From assembly GCA_964453205.1 (NCBI GenBank), contig CAYVRC010000005.1, positions 12,421 to 76,420 of the forward strand: 64,000 nucleotides of DNA, in the 5' to 3' direction. Under the pieces are notes generated by a model that saw only the letters and a program-made list of their open reading frames with translations, was not told where the DNA came from and did not search any database. The position numbers were made by a program, and so were the translations under genes. Source of the DNA: an uncultured Pirellulaceae bacterium (GTDB taxonomy: Bacteria > Planctomycetota > Planctomycetia > Pirellulales > Pirellulaceae). Position 1 is the stretch's first letter, and each line of letters starts with the position of its first letter. Shown here piece by piece: positions 9,470-18,149 of the stretch.

Positions 9470-10803
9470 GACGCGATCAACTCCGAGACCACGCGGGCGC
9501 CGTCGGGCGCGACTCGGACCGGCCGGCCGTCGTCGGTTCGCAGTTCGGTCGCCGGATCGATGCCCAGCAGCGTGTAAATCGTTGCGGCCAAATCCGCCGG
9601 CGTTACCGGTTTGTCCTTGGGAAGCTCGCCCTGGGAATCGCTGCTGCCGATGATCTGTCCGCCGGGAACGCCGCCGCCGGCCATCGCCACGCTGAAAACG
9701 TTGGGCCAGTGGTCACGACCCCCGCGCGAATTGATTTTCGGCGTCCGCCCGAACTCCCCCATCACGACGACCAACGTTTCGTCCAACATGCCGCGATCAT
9801 CCAGATCGCCGACCAAGGAAGCCAGGGCCCGATCCAAGGCCGGCACTTTGGCGTTGCGGTCATTCGCGAAACGAGTCTTCAGTTCGGCGATCTTTTCATG
9901 CGTGTCCCAGCCGGGATTGTGAACCGTCACGAACGGCACGCCGCGCTCGACCAAACGCCGGGCCAGCAAACAGCTTTGACCGATCGGATTGCCCATGTCG
10001 CGACCGTATCGCTGGCGTATCTTTTCGGGTTCCTCCGCAAGGTTGAAGGCTCGTTTCGCATCCGGTGAAGCGATCAAGTCGTAAGCGCGTTGCAGATCCG
10101 GATCGCTGACAGGTTCAGTCGAAGCGTCTTCTCGGCGAGCAAAACGATCAAACGTTTGAACCATCCTTTGACGGCGGCCCAATCGTTCCAAGTCCAGTCC
10201 TTGATAGAAGTCCAGATCGCGGACACGAAAGTCTGGATGGCTGGGATTGCCGCCGACGTTGAACGGGCTGGTCGACGAAGAAAGGAAACCGCTGCCGCTG
10301 ATGTTCCGCGTGAAGCCGGGGACGGCGACGTTCGGTGGCAGAACGCCGGACGAGGATCGCAAATCAGCCAAGGTCGCCCCGAACGTCGGGTAAGCCAGTG
10401 CCGGGGTCGGCTTGTAACCGGTCATCAAATAATGCGTGCCGAAGTTGTGTTCACCCAACGGGGACGTCATCGATCGCACGACGGCCAATCGGTCCATGAT
10501 CGCCGCGGTCTGCGGCAAGCACTCACCGATCCGCACGCCCGGCAGCTTGGTGGCGATGCTGGTCAAAGGCCCGCGGACCTCCTCGGGCGCGTCCGGCTTC
10601 GGATCAAACGTCTCCAAGTGACTCGGCCCGCCGTCCAACCAAATCAAAATGCATGACTTGGCTTTGGCGACGGGTCGATTCTCGGCCGCCGATAACCGCC
10701 GCAGCCGAAGGAGATCGCCCAAACCCAGCCCCATCGCCGTCAATCCGCCGATGCGAAGTCCGTCCCGCCGGGTGACACCGTCACATCGTTTCGCGTCTGT
10801 CAT
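9466..10803 (-). CDS. DUF1501 family protein (sulfatase-fold, Tat-type signal)
   Basis: The N-terminus is twin-arginine-like (TRRDGLRIGGLTAMGLGLG). CILIWLDGGPSHLETFDPKP and MGEFGRTPKINSRGGRDHW are typical DUF1501 blocks. Confidence 0.85.
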   Translation of the reverse strand: MTDAKRCDGVTRRDGLRIGGLTAMGLGLGDLLRLRRLSAAENRPVAKAKSCILIWLDGGPSHLETFDPKPDAPEEVRGPLTSIATKLPGVRIGECLPQTAAIMDRLAVVRSMTSPLGEHNFGTHYLMTGYKPTPALAYPTFGATLADLRSSSGVLPPNVAVPGFTRNISGSGFLSSSTSPFNVGGNPSHPDFRVRDLDFYQGLDLERLGRRQRMVQTFDRFARREDASTEPVSDPDLQRAYDLIASPDAKRAFNLAEEPEKIRQRYGRDMGNPIGQSCLLARRLVERGVPFVTVHNPGWDTHEKIAELKTRFANDRNAKVPALDRALASLVGDLDDRGMLDETLVVVMGEFGRTPKINSRGGRDHWPNVFSVAMAGGGVPGGQIIGSSDSQGELPKDKPVTPADLAATIYTLLGIDPATELRTDDGRPVRVAPDGARVVSELIAS

Positions 10804-10818
10804 CGCTTTCGCTTTCGT

Positions 10819-13005
10819 TCAATGGTTGGTGACAAATTCATTGCAGGTCACGATGCCCCAGACGAAGTCTTCCAGCAAGTCTCGCGTCGCCAGGGCATTC
10901 GAACAGGTGTCGATTTCGCTTTGCCAATACTCCCGTTCGTCATCATCGGGTTTTCGACAAAACGCGGCGACGTAGAAATCTTCCACGATCCGAATCGGCG
11001 GCGTCCCGGCGGCCAACAAGCGATCCAACCGTCCGCCTTTGGCGCCCAATCGCGGATTGAGCAGACCGCCGTTGAACAGGTGCAACTTTTGCGGCAAGCC
11101 GCCGCCTGTCGTCACGACCGACTCACACGAGACCTCGCGATCGCACCTGCCCAAGATGTCCAAAGACGTCGACGGCGTTCGAGGGTTGACGATCGCGACG
11201 GCCCGGGTCCCCGTCGCGGTTTCGCCGTATTTTTCGGCGGTTCCCAACACGTCGCTGATCGCGTCTGCCAGGACTTCCGGTTGCAAGGGCCGGCGGATCG
11301 CGTGGGAATAAAAGCGGTCGTCGTCCTTGTTTTTCGGTGTCGCCTTCGAACGGCGGGCATAAGCGTCGCTCAACGCGATCGTCTTCAACGTGTGCCGAAA
11401 ACGATAACCGTGGTCGGCAAAATCGTCGGCCAGTCGCCGCAGCAGGTCGGGGTGCGTGGCCGGATTGGTCGCCCGAAAATCGTCCACCGGTTCGACCAGT
11501 CCCCGGCCCATCATTTGTTTCCACAACCGATTGACGATGGCCGGGGCGAAGTAAGCATTGTCGTCGCCGGTCAGCCACTCGGTGAACACCCGCAGTTCGT
11601 CGTCGTCGCCCGTGTCCAAAAACCGCTCCCCGGGAAGCCGCGGGACGGCGGGTTCCAAGGTGGCCGGGTGAATCACCTCGCCCGTCGGCTTCGGGCCGAC
11701 CACCCGACCGGTTTCGATCTTGGCAAAGATCGCCGCCATGCCGTGGTAGTCGTCCTGGGTCCAACGGTCCAGCGGGTGGTTATGGCAATTCGCACATCGC
11801 AGCCGGCTGCCCATGAACAGTTCGCTGACGAACTCGGTCTGTTCCTGAGCATTCTTGGTCGTGCGATGAAAATTGGCGGGTCCGTCGTGATGAGAATCTC
11901 CCGTCGACAACAACAGACGCCTGACCATCCGGTCGAAACCGACGCCTTGGGAAATCTGTTGCGCGAACCAGTCGTGGTACACCCCCATGCCCACGACGTC
12001 GTCGACCAACGGTCGAACGCGAAACAGCTTGGCAAGCTGCAGCGTCCAGTACTCATCAAACTCCGATGAGTCCAGCAGTTCGTCGACCAACAGCTCGCGT
12101 CGGTCTTCGTCCTTCGTGTTTTTAGTTAAGAATTCATTGACCCGTTTCGGCGTCGGCAATCGGCCGGTCAAATCCAAAGTCACACGTCGGATGAACGCGG
12201 AATCGTCGATCGTGTCGGATGTCGGCAACGCCAACTTTTGCAACTTTGCCGCGATTTCGCGGTCGATGAAACTGCCTGAACTCGTTTCCGCCGGCGCGAT
12301 TTCGTCGTCGTTGATGGGCACGATCAATTCGATCGGCACGACTCGGTCCAAGTACCTCGCCACGACGATGTGGCGGCCACGTCGCAAGACTCGCGCGACC
12401 GCAGTCTTCGTGTCGATCTTGACCGACGATTCATCTTCGGCGGTGAACACGGTCCATCGCGTGACGTCGCGGGTTTGTCCGTCGGTGTAGTGAGCGATCG
12501 CGTTCAACCGGATCGGCCGGCCGACGGCCTTCGTGACGGAGTCGGCCGGCGTGATGTCGACACGTTCTAGCCGCAGTCGTGAATCGCTGCGGGTGCCCTG
12601 CCGAATCCAAGCGAGTATCTTTTGGGCGTGTTCGTCGTCGGCATCGATCAACTGCCCGCCGCCGTGTTCGAGCTGTTCGCTGGGTTTCAAGATCAGCAAG
12701 CTGTCCTCGGGACGCGCCAAGTTGATTCGGCGGCCCTGCAAATGCCGGGTGACGGCTTCAAAGTCCTTCGCGGGATTTCCCCCGTACAGCGAGAGCTTGA
12801 ACCCGCCACGGCCGAGCGCCGCCCCGTGGCAAGCCCCCGCGTTGCACCCGAGTTTGGTGAACACGGGGATCAAATCGTGTTTGAAATCGACACGAGAATT
12901 TTCGTCAGCCTTGGACGCGGAAACACCGATCGAAAAGCCGATCAGGCACAAGCACCCGGCGAGTCGAAGGCGAAGCCGCCGGTCGTTAGAATGTGAAAAT
13001 GGCAT
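10819..13005 (-). CDS. DUF1549/DUF1553 (PSD1-type) protein with Ig-like middle domain
   Basis: The start is trimmed to MPFSHSNDRRLRLRLAGCLCLIGF (ATG 13005). Motifs are NAGACHGAALGRGGFKLSLYG, RCANCHNHPLDRWTQDDYHGMAAIFA and LPQKLHLFNG. It lies 15 nt upstream of its usual DUF1501 partner. Confidence 0.85.
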   Translation of the reverse strand: MPFSHSNDRRLRLRLAGCLCLIGFSIGVSASKADENSRVDFKHDLIPVFTKLGCNAGACHGAALGRGGFKLSLYGGNPAKDFEAVTRHLQGRRINLARPEDSLLILKPSEQLEHGGGQLIDADDEHAQKILAWIRQGTRSDSRLRLERVDITPADSVTKAVGRPIRLNAIAHYTDGQTRDVTRWTVFTAEDESSVKIDTKTAVARVLRRGRHIVVARYLDRVVPIELIVPINDDEIAPAETSSGSFIDREIAAKLQKLALPTSDTIDDSAFIRRVTLDLTGRLPTPKRVNEFLTKNTKDEDRRELLVDELLDSSEFDEYWTLQLAKLFRVRPLVDDVVGMGVYHDWFAQQISQGVGFDRMVRRLLLSTGDSHHDGPANFHRTTKNAQEQTEFVSELFMGSRLRCANCHNHPLDRWTQDDYHGMAAIFAKIETGRVVGPKPTGEVIHPATLEPAVPRLPGERFLDTGDDDELRVFTEWLTGDDNAYFAPAIVNRLWKQMMGRGLVEPVDDFRATNPATHPDLLRRLADDFADHGYRFRHTLKTIALSDAYARRSKATPKNKDDDRFYSHAIRRPLQPEVLADAISDVLGTAEKYGETATGTRAVAIVNPRTPSTSLDILGRCDREVSCESVVTTGGGLPQKLHLFNGGLLNPRLGAKGGRLDRLLAAGTPPIRIVEDFYVAAFCRKPDDDEREYWQSEIDTCSNALATRDLLEDFVWGIVTCNEFVTNH

Positions 13006-13190
13006 CAAGTCGACGGTCGTGTTTTTCCGGCGGAGCGGCTTTTCGCGAACAGGGCGACGGTTTTCGCCTACAGGACGACGGCCCCCCTTTCCAATGTACC
13101 CGATGACCGACATGAATCGGTCCCCGGTTGCTAAACTCGCGCGGAAATGTTGCGTCCTCCGCACCCCCTTTCTTGGATTCGATCTTCGCC

Positions 13191-14612
13191 ATGCCCAGAA
13201 CATTCATTTGCTCCTTGTCGTTGGTCGGCTTGGCACTTTTTTCGATCACGGGCCGGCCGCTCGCGGCTCAGGAAGCCGCCATCGGGACAGCCGAGCCGGA
13301 CGCCGCCACCGTATTCTTGATCCCCGAAACCGATGAAGGCTTGCCCGGTGCCGGACCGATTCGCCGCTACGACTGGATGAAGCGAACTTGGCAGCTCCGC
13401 CGATCCACGTTCGCGTCGCGCGCCACGCGTGACCGACAAGCGGTCGTGTTCCTGGGCGATTCGATCACGCAAGGCTGGGGCGAGTCCTTTCAAGACGACT
13501 TCGCGGGCATGAAAGTCGCCAATCGTGGCATCAGCGGCGATACGACTCGCGGCATGCTGATTCGGTTGCAAGCAGACGTCTTGAACCTGAATCCGGCCGC
13601 CGTCGTGATGTTGATGGGCACCAACGACTTGGAAGAAGCGGCCGAGCCGCCCGTGATCGCCGGCAATGTCAAGTTGATCCTCGAAACGATGAAGCAACAC
13701 GATCCCGACATGCCGATCGTCTTGTGTCAGGTCATGCCGAGTAGTGCCGCCAAGAAACGATCCTCCGAAGACATCCGGATGCTCAATGAATGGCTGGCCG
13801 ATGTCGTTCGCGGTGATTCGCAAGTCACCCTGGTCGATACTTGGACGCTGTTTGCGAACGCCGACGGCGACGCAAAGAAGGAGGAGTTTCCCGACCTGCT
13901 GCATCCCAACCGTGCCGGCTACTTGAAATGGAAGGCGGCCTTGCTGCCCGTCTTTGCCACGCTGGGTTTCGTCGAAACCCGTGCCGACGACTTTCAAGTG
14001 GAACCGGGATTCGAAAGTCTGTTCAACGGCACGGACTTGACCGGATGGGAGTACCGCCCGACACCCGACGCGATGCGTTCTTCACGTGAGCGATGGATGT
14101 CACGCAAGCCGAAAGGCATCGTCTGGCCGTTGGTCGAGAAACGGGTCTCACTTGAGGGAAAATCCTCGACGCCGGATGGTCGGTACGTCGCCAAGGCCGG
14201 ACGCCTGGTCGTCACCACGCCCCCGGAAGGCCGCAAGATTCAACAGCTTTGGACGACGCGTGATTTCGACGGCGACTTCACGCTACGACTCGAATTTCGG
14301 GCAACACCGAACGCGGACAGCGGCGTTTTTCTTCGCGGGACTCAGTTGCAGTGCCGGGACTTTGCCTTGGCCGGGCCGTACAAGGATTTAAAGGACTATC
14401 GACCGCAACAATGGAACGAACTGGAAGTCGTCGTTTCGGGCAACGTCGCGCGGTGTAGCTGCAACGGTGAAGTCATCGAAGCAGCCTTCGAGTTACCCGA
14501 CACCGGACCGATCGGATTGGAAGGCGATCGGGGTCAAATGGAGTATCGCCGCATTCGTACCACGGCCATCGCACCGGAAAGGCCCGAAGGGCCGACAGCT
14601 CCCTGCCGGTGA
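13191..14612 (+). CDS. SGNH/GDSL hydrolase fused to a DUF1080 (3-keto-disaccharide hydrolase-like, LamG-fold) domain
   Basis: The signal peptide is MPRTFICSLSLVGLALFSITG. SGNH blocks are VVFLGDSITQGWG, GISGDTT, MGTNDL and DLLHPN. The DUF1080-type C-terminus follows: FESLFNGTDLTGWEY...GVFLRG...GPIGLEGDRGQMEYRRIR. Confidence 0.8.
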   Translation: MPRTFICSLSLVGLALFSITGRPLAAQEAAIGTAEPDAATVFLIPETDEGLPGAGPIRRYDWMKRTWQLRRSTFASRATRDRQAVVFLGDSITQGWGESFQDDFAGMKVANRGISGDTTRGMLIRLQADVLNLNPAAVVMLMGTNDLEEAAEPPVIAGNVKLILETMKQHDPDMPIVLCQVMPSSAAKKRSSEDIRMLNEWLADVVRGDSQVTLVDTWTLFANADGDAKKEEFPDLLHPNRAGYLKWKAALLPVFATLGFVETRADDFQVEPGFESLFNGTDLTGWEYRPTPDAMRSSRERWMSRKPKGIVWPLVEKRVSLEGKSSTPDGRYVAKAGRLVVTTPPEGRKIQQLWTTRDFDGDFTLRLEFRATPNADSGVFLRGTQLQCRDFALAGPYKDLKDYRPQQWNELEVVVSGNVARCSCNGEVIEAAFELPDTGPIGLEGDRGQMEYRRIRTTAIAPERPEGPTAPCR

Positions 14613-14675
14613 GCTTGCTCAACGGTTCGCTAAAGAGCCAGCCAACCCAGCTCCGTAGGAGCGGCAGACGCGAGG

Positions 14676-15509
14676 CTACAAAAAAGAGAGGGGCGGGTTG
14701 CCCTTTGTGTCGTTCTCGACGGAAGGACGACCGAGTTCGTACAACAGAATCGCCGCCGCCGCGGAGACGTTCAGGCTGTCGATGCCCGGTTGCATGGGGA
14801 TGCGGATTCGCTCGGTCGCGGCTTGTTTCGTCGCGGCGTCCAAGCCGTGACCTTCGCTGCCGATGATCAGCACGACGGGCCGGCCGTCGGGCACGAAATC
14901 GTGAATCGCCGGGGCTTCCGCGTCCAAGCAGGACGCCATGACGCGGACGTCGTTCGTCCGCAGCAGTCCTCGGACCCAAGCCGAACCGGACTCGGCGCGA
15001 TAGAAACGCTGAACCAAAACGGCAGCCATGGAGACACGGATCACACGGCGGCGAAACGGATCGATCGTTTTGCCCGTCAGCACGATCCGCTGAACACCCA
15101 GTGCCGCGCAGGAACGCAAAATCGTGCCCAAGTTTTCTGATTCACATACGCCGTCGAGCATCAGAGTCAGCCCGCAAGACGACTCCCACGTCAGCGTTTC
15201 CGCGGACAGGATTTCCGGACGCTCTCCGCAGGCCAATACGCCACGGTGAAAATCAAAGCCGACCCATTCGCTGATCGCTCGCTTGGGCAAGACGTAAACG
15301 GGGAATCGATTGCCGGCGAGGGCCGAGAATTCATCTTCCAGACCTTCTCGGACCAGCACCGACCGCACGGGCACCTCGCTGGCCATCAATCGCTGGACGA
15401 CCCAGCGGCCTTCGCAGACGAAGCAGTTGCTATCGCCACCGGCCGAGCGGGCCGGCAGATCTCGATAAACCTCGATCCGTGGATCGCTGCTGGTCTCCAG
15501 ACGGATCAT
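14676..15509 (-). CDS. TrmH/SpoU-family RNA 2'-O-methyltransferase
   Basis: SpoU motifs are LMLDGVCESENLGTILRSCAALGV, LIIGSEGHGL and IPMQPGIDSLNVSAAAAILLYE. Confidence 0.85.
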   Translation of the reverse strand: MIRLETSSDPRIEVYRDLPARSAGGDSNCFVCEGRWVVQRLMASEVPVRSVLVREGLEDEFSALAGNRFPVYVLPKRAISEWVGFDFHRGVLACGERPEILSAETLTWESSCGLTLMLDGVCESENLGTILRSCAALGVQRIVLTGKTIDPFRRRVIRVSMAAVLVQRFYRAESGSAWVRGLLRTNDVRVMASCLDAEAPAIHDFVPDGRPVVLIIGSEGHGLDAATKQAATERIRIPMQPGIDSLNVSAAAAILLYELGRPSVENDTKGNPPLSFL

Positions 15510-15562
15510 GGTATCGGTTCATCGATCAAGAAATTCGTCAGCCACGTCTCGGCCGAGCTCGC

Positions 15563-16114
15563 TCAGTTCATCGCGTTGGCTCGGGCGTTGTAAATCTTCG
15601 TCGCCTGAATCGTGACCAAATTCATGGCTTCGTCGAACCGACAGTGGCCGGTGACGGTGACCCGATCGCCTTTGGTCAGTCCGAACAATTCGTCCGCCGG
15701 GGTAGAAATCAGTTCGCCGTCATCGCCGCGAAACTCCACCATCGCCTTGGTCGCTTTCTCCGCCCTGCGTTTGCAGAACGGACAGTTGTCGGCATGATCC
15801 AAGGTGCCGTCGCCGTGCGTCGGATCGGGAAGCTCCGACATCAAAAAGACAGCGGAGTCCGTCTGAAACGGATCGTGTTCGCCGGCGTAGATGACGCCTT
15901 GGACGACGCACTCGTTCGTGTCGGAATCCGCATCGGTCTTGGTGCCGGCGAGTCGTTCGACGACGGCCGCGATCGAGACCGCATCGTCGGGAGCCGACCG
16001 GCCGAGAAACGCCACCGCCGCCGTGTCGGCGGAGGGCGATCGCGTGGTCACGTCGTCGCCACAGCCCGCGGCGAACAACACGATCGGGCCGAGAAAAGAA
16101 ACAGGCCATTTCAT
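15563..16114 (-). CDS. hypothetical lipoprotein with Cys/His cluster
   Basis: It has a lipobox (MKWPVSFLGPIVLFAAGC) and the cluster DPTHGDGTLDHADNCPFCKRR. I do not recognise a family. Coding-like third-position GC supports a real gene. Confidence 0.6.
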   Translation of the reverse strand: MKWPVSFLGPIVLFAAGCGDDVTTRSPSADTAAVAFLGRSAPDDAVSIAAVVERLAGTKTDADSDTNECVVQGVIYAGEHDPFQTDSAVFLMSELPDPTHGDGTLDHADNCPFCKRRAEKATKAMVEFRGDDGELISTPADELFGLTKGDRVTVTGHCRFDEAMNLVTIQATKIYNARANAMN

Positions 16115-16155
16115 CGTTGCAGGTTCCTTTGAGGGGGGATCTTTGCCGGAAAGCG

Positions 16156-16704
16156 TTATTCCGTCGACGCTTGCAGGGTCTTCATGGCCGCATCGATGTC
16201 GTCCTTGACTTCATCGTAATCTTTGCCGGGTTCGCCGTGCAATTTTTCGTCGATCGCACCGAAGGCATCGAACAGCTGATCGACCGCAGCCAAGCTGTCT
16301 TCGCTTTGCTCGGACTTCTTGGCCAGCTGTTCGACGTTTTCCAAAGCGTTGCCGACGTCGTGCAGTTCGTCATGAACGGAATCGACGTCGTCGTCGGCAA
16401 GCCCCGCGGTGATCCTCGTCACCATCCCGGCCAGTTGCTCCACGGCTTCGGCATAGGTCGCCGGCATCGGTGGCCCGCCGGCCGGGGGCAGCGTGTCGAC
16501 GTCCAAGCCCAACTCGTCGGCCTTGATCGTGTCGTGCTCATGCCCGTCGTGGTCATGCCCGTCATGATCGTGATCGTGATCGTCATGATGTTCTCCGTGA
16601 TCGTCGTGCGACGCGTCGCTGGTCACGGTGTCTGTGGGGCCGCCGCAGCCGATGGTCAGCAGAGCGGTCAACAGCAAAGCGATGGGGGTGAAATGTTTGG
16701 CCAT
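16156..16704 (-). CDS. His/Asp-rich lipoprotein (putative periplasmic metal-binding protein)
   Basis: The start is trimmed to MAKHFTPIALLLTALLTIGC (lipobox; ATG 16704). It has the tract SHDDHGEHHDDHDHDHDGHDHDGHEHD followed by an acidic helical C-terminus. Confidence 0.65.
   Translation of the reverse strand: MAKHFTPIALLLTALLTIGCGGPTDTVTSDASHDDHGEHHDDHDHDHDGHDHDGHEHDTIKADELGLDVDTLPPAGGPPMPATYAEAVEQLAGMVTRITAGLADDDVDSVHDELHDVGNALENVEQLAKKSEQSEDSLAAVDQLFDAFGAIDEKLHGEPGKDYDEVKDDIDAAMKTLQASTE
16531..16608 (-). repeat. low-complexity (gat/cat/cgt)n coding microsatellite for the His-Asp tract
   Basis: The + strand reads ...catgcccgtcgtggtcatgcccgtcatgatcgtgatcgtgatcgtcatgatg..., with short direct repeats of gtcatgcccgtc and gatcgt units. 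Confidence 0.7.
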
Positions 16705-16753
16705 GGGAAAATCGATTGGCGAAAGGGAAATGAAGGAACGGATTTCGTCGGAG

Positions 16754-17734
16754 CTAATCATTTTGATGCTGTTCGACGACGGAGTCGATGATCGCATCCA
16801 GGTCACGGGTGGGCCGGTAACCGATCGTGTCTTTGATACGAGTCAGATCGGGAACACGACGACGTATGTCTTCGAATGACTCATCATAGGCGTCCCCGTA
16901 AGTTTGAAACAGGATTTCTGATTTTGATTTCGTGCGTTCGATCACGCGTCGCGCCAAATCCAAGATCGATACCGGCGTGTCGCTACCAATGTTGTATACC
17001 CGGCCTGCGGCGGTGGGGGTTTCGGTCAACTGGACGACCGCCCCGATGACATCGGACACGTGGGCGAAGCAGCGGACTTGCAGCCCGTCGTCGTGCACGA
17101 CCAGCGGATCCCCTTTCAAGGCGGCTTCAACGAAGCGCGGCAAGACCATTCCGTAGGCGCCCGTCTGGCGTGGGCCGACCACGTTAAAAAAGCGACCGAC
17201 GACGACGGGCAGGCCTTGCTCCTTGAAATGCGCGAGCGCCAGAAATTCATCGATCGCCTTGGAGACGCCGTAGCTCCAACGCGGCCGCGTCGTCGCGCCG
17301 AAGACCAGGTCGTCTTCTTCCGTCCAGGTCGACTTCGGATTTTTGCCGTAGACCTCACTGGTGCTGGCGATGAAACAGGGGATCTTGCGGCCCCGTTTGG
17401 CGATCGATCCCAAGCGGTCCAAGATCAACTGAGTCGGATAGACGTTCCGTTCGATCGTCTGGATGGGTTGGCTGGCGATGAGAGCGACGCCGACGGCGGC
17501 GGCCAAGTGATAAACGCGATCGGCGCGGCCGACCAACTCGGCGACCAGCGCGACGTCGTCGATGCTGCCGCGGACGTTTTCCAGTCGCTCGTGCCCAGAA
17601 ATCTCGGCCAGATTCTGCGGCCGGCCGGTCGACAAATCGTCCACGACAATCACGTGGTCCCCGCGGCCCAACAGAAATTCGGCCAAGTGGGAGCCGATGA
17701 AGCCCGAACCGCCGGTGATCAGAGAAGTCGTCAT
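16754..17734 (-). CDS. NAD-dependent sugar-nucleotide epimerase/dehydratase (UDP-glucuronate decarboxylase-like SDR)
   Basis: The start is trimmed to MTTSLITGGSGFIGSHLAEFLL (ATG 17734). It has a Rossmann GxxGxxG motif and the catalytic YGVSKAIDE (YxxxK). Confidence 0.85.
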   Translation of the reverse strand: MTTSLITGGSGFIGSHLAEFLLGRGDHVIVVDDLSTGRPQNLAEISGHERLENVRGSIDDVALVAELVGRADRVYHLAAAVGVALIASQPIQTIERNVYPTQLILDRLGSIAKRGRKIPCFIASTSEVYGKNPKSTWTEEDDLVFGATTRPRWSYGVSKAIDEFLALAHFKEQGLPVVVGRFFNVVGPRQTGAYGMVLPRFVEAALKGDPLVVHDDGLQVRCFAHVSDVIGAVVQLTETPTAAGRVYNIGSDTPVSILDLARRVIERTKSKSEILFQTYGDAYDESFEDIRRRVPDLTRIKDTIGYRPTRDLDAIIDSVVEQHQND

Positions 17735-18149
17735 GTGCGGTCGGGAGAATACGGAGTTCAGGGAAAACAGGGGGAAAGGTTCCATCCAGCCTCATTCGGG
17801 TGCGGACGCTTTCCGACAAGTCTGCTGGTACGCAGCAAGTCGCCCAATCGTTTGATCGCAGCCCGAGTGGCCGAATAATGATGATCTTCTCGCCCTCCAA
17901 TCGATTTGGCTAGGCCGAGATGGGACCGGCCCGGCCCGCCGGGGGCGACCGTGCCTGCCGTCGTGGACCTGGCCGCTGAACCGTGAATCGGTCGTTGCCA
18001 AGGCGACCCCGGCGACGGTCGTTGTCCCGTGAAGGCGGGGGGCTCGCCTCGTTGAGCTACCGAGGATTTTGGTCGACCGTTAGACTAACGGGGGTCCGTT
18101 CGCGGTCTTTGGTCTGTCCTTGTGCGCCCGCCGTCTTTTCGAATTCACC

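Noticed and set aside
10822-12069. 415-aa + ORF (and neighbours 11123..11764 -, 11987..12490 +) inside the DUF1553 gene
   Set aside because: These are shadow frames of a well-supported 728-aa gene, and none has a motif.
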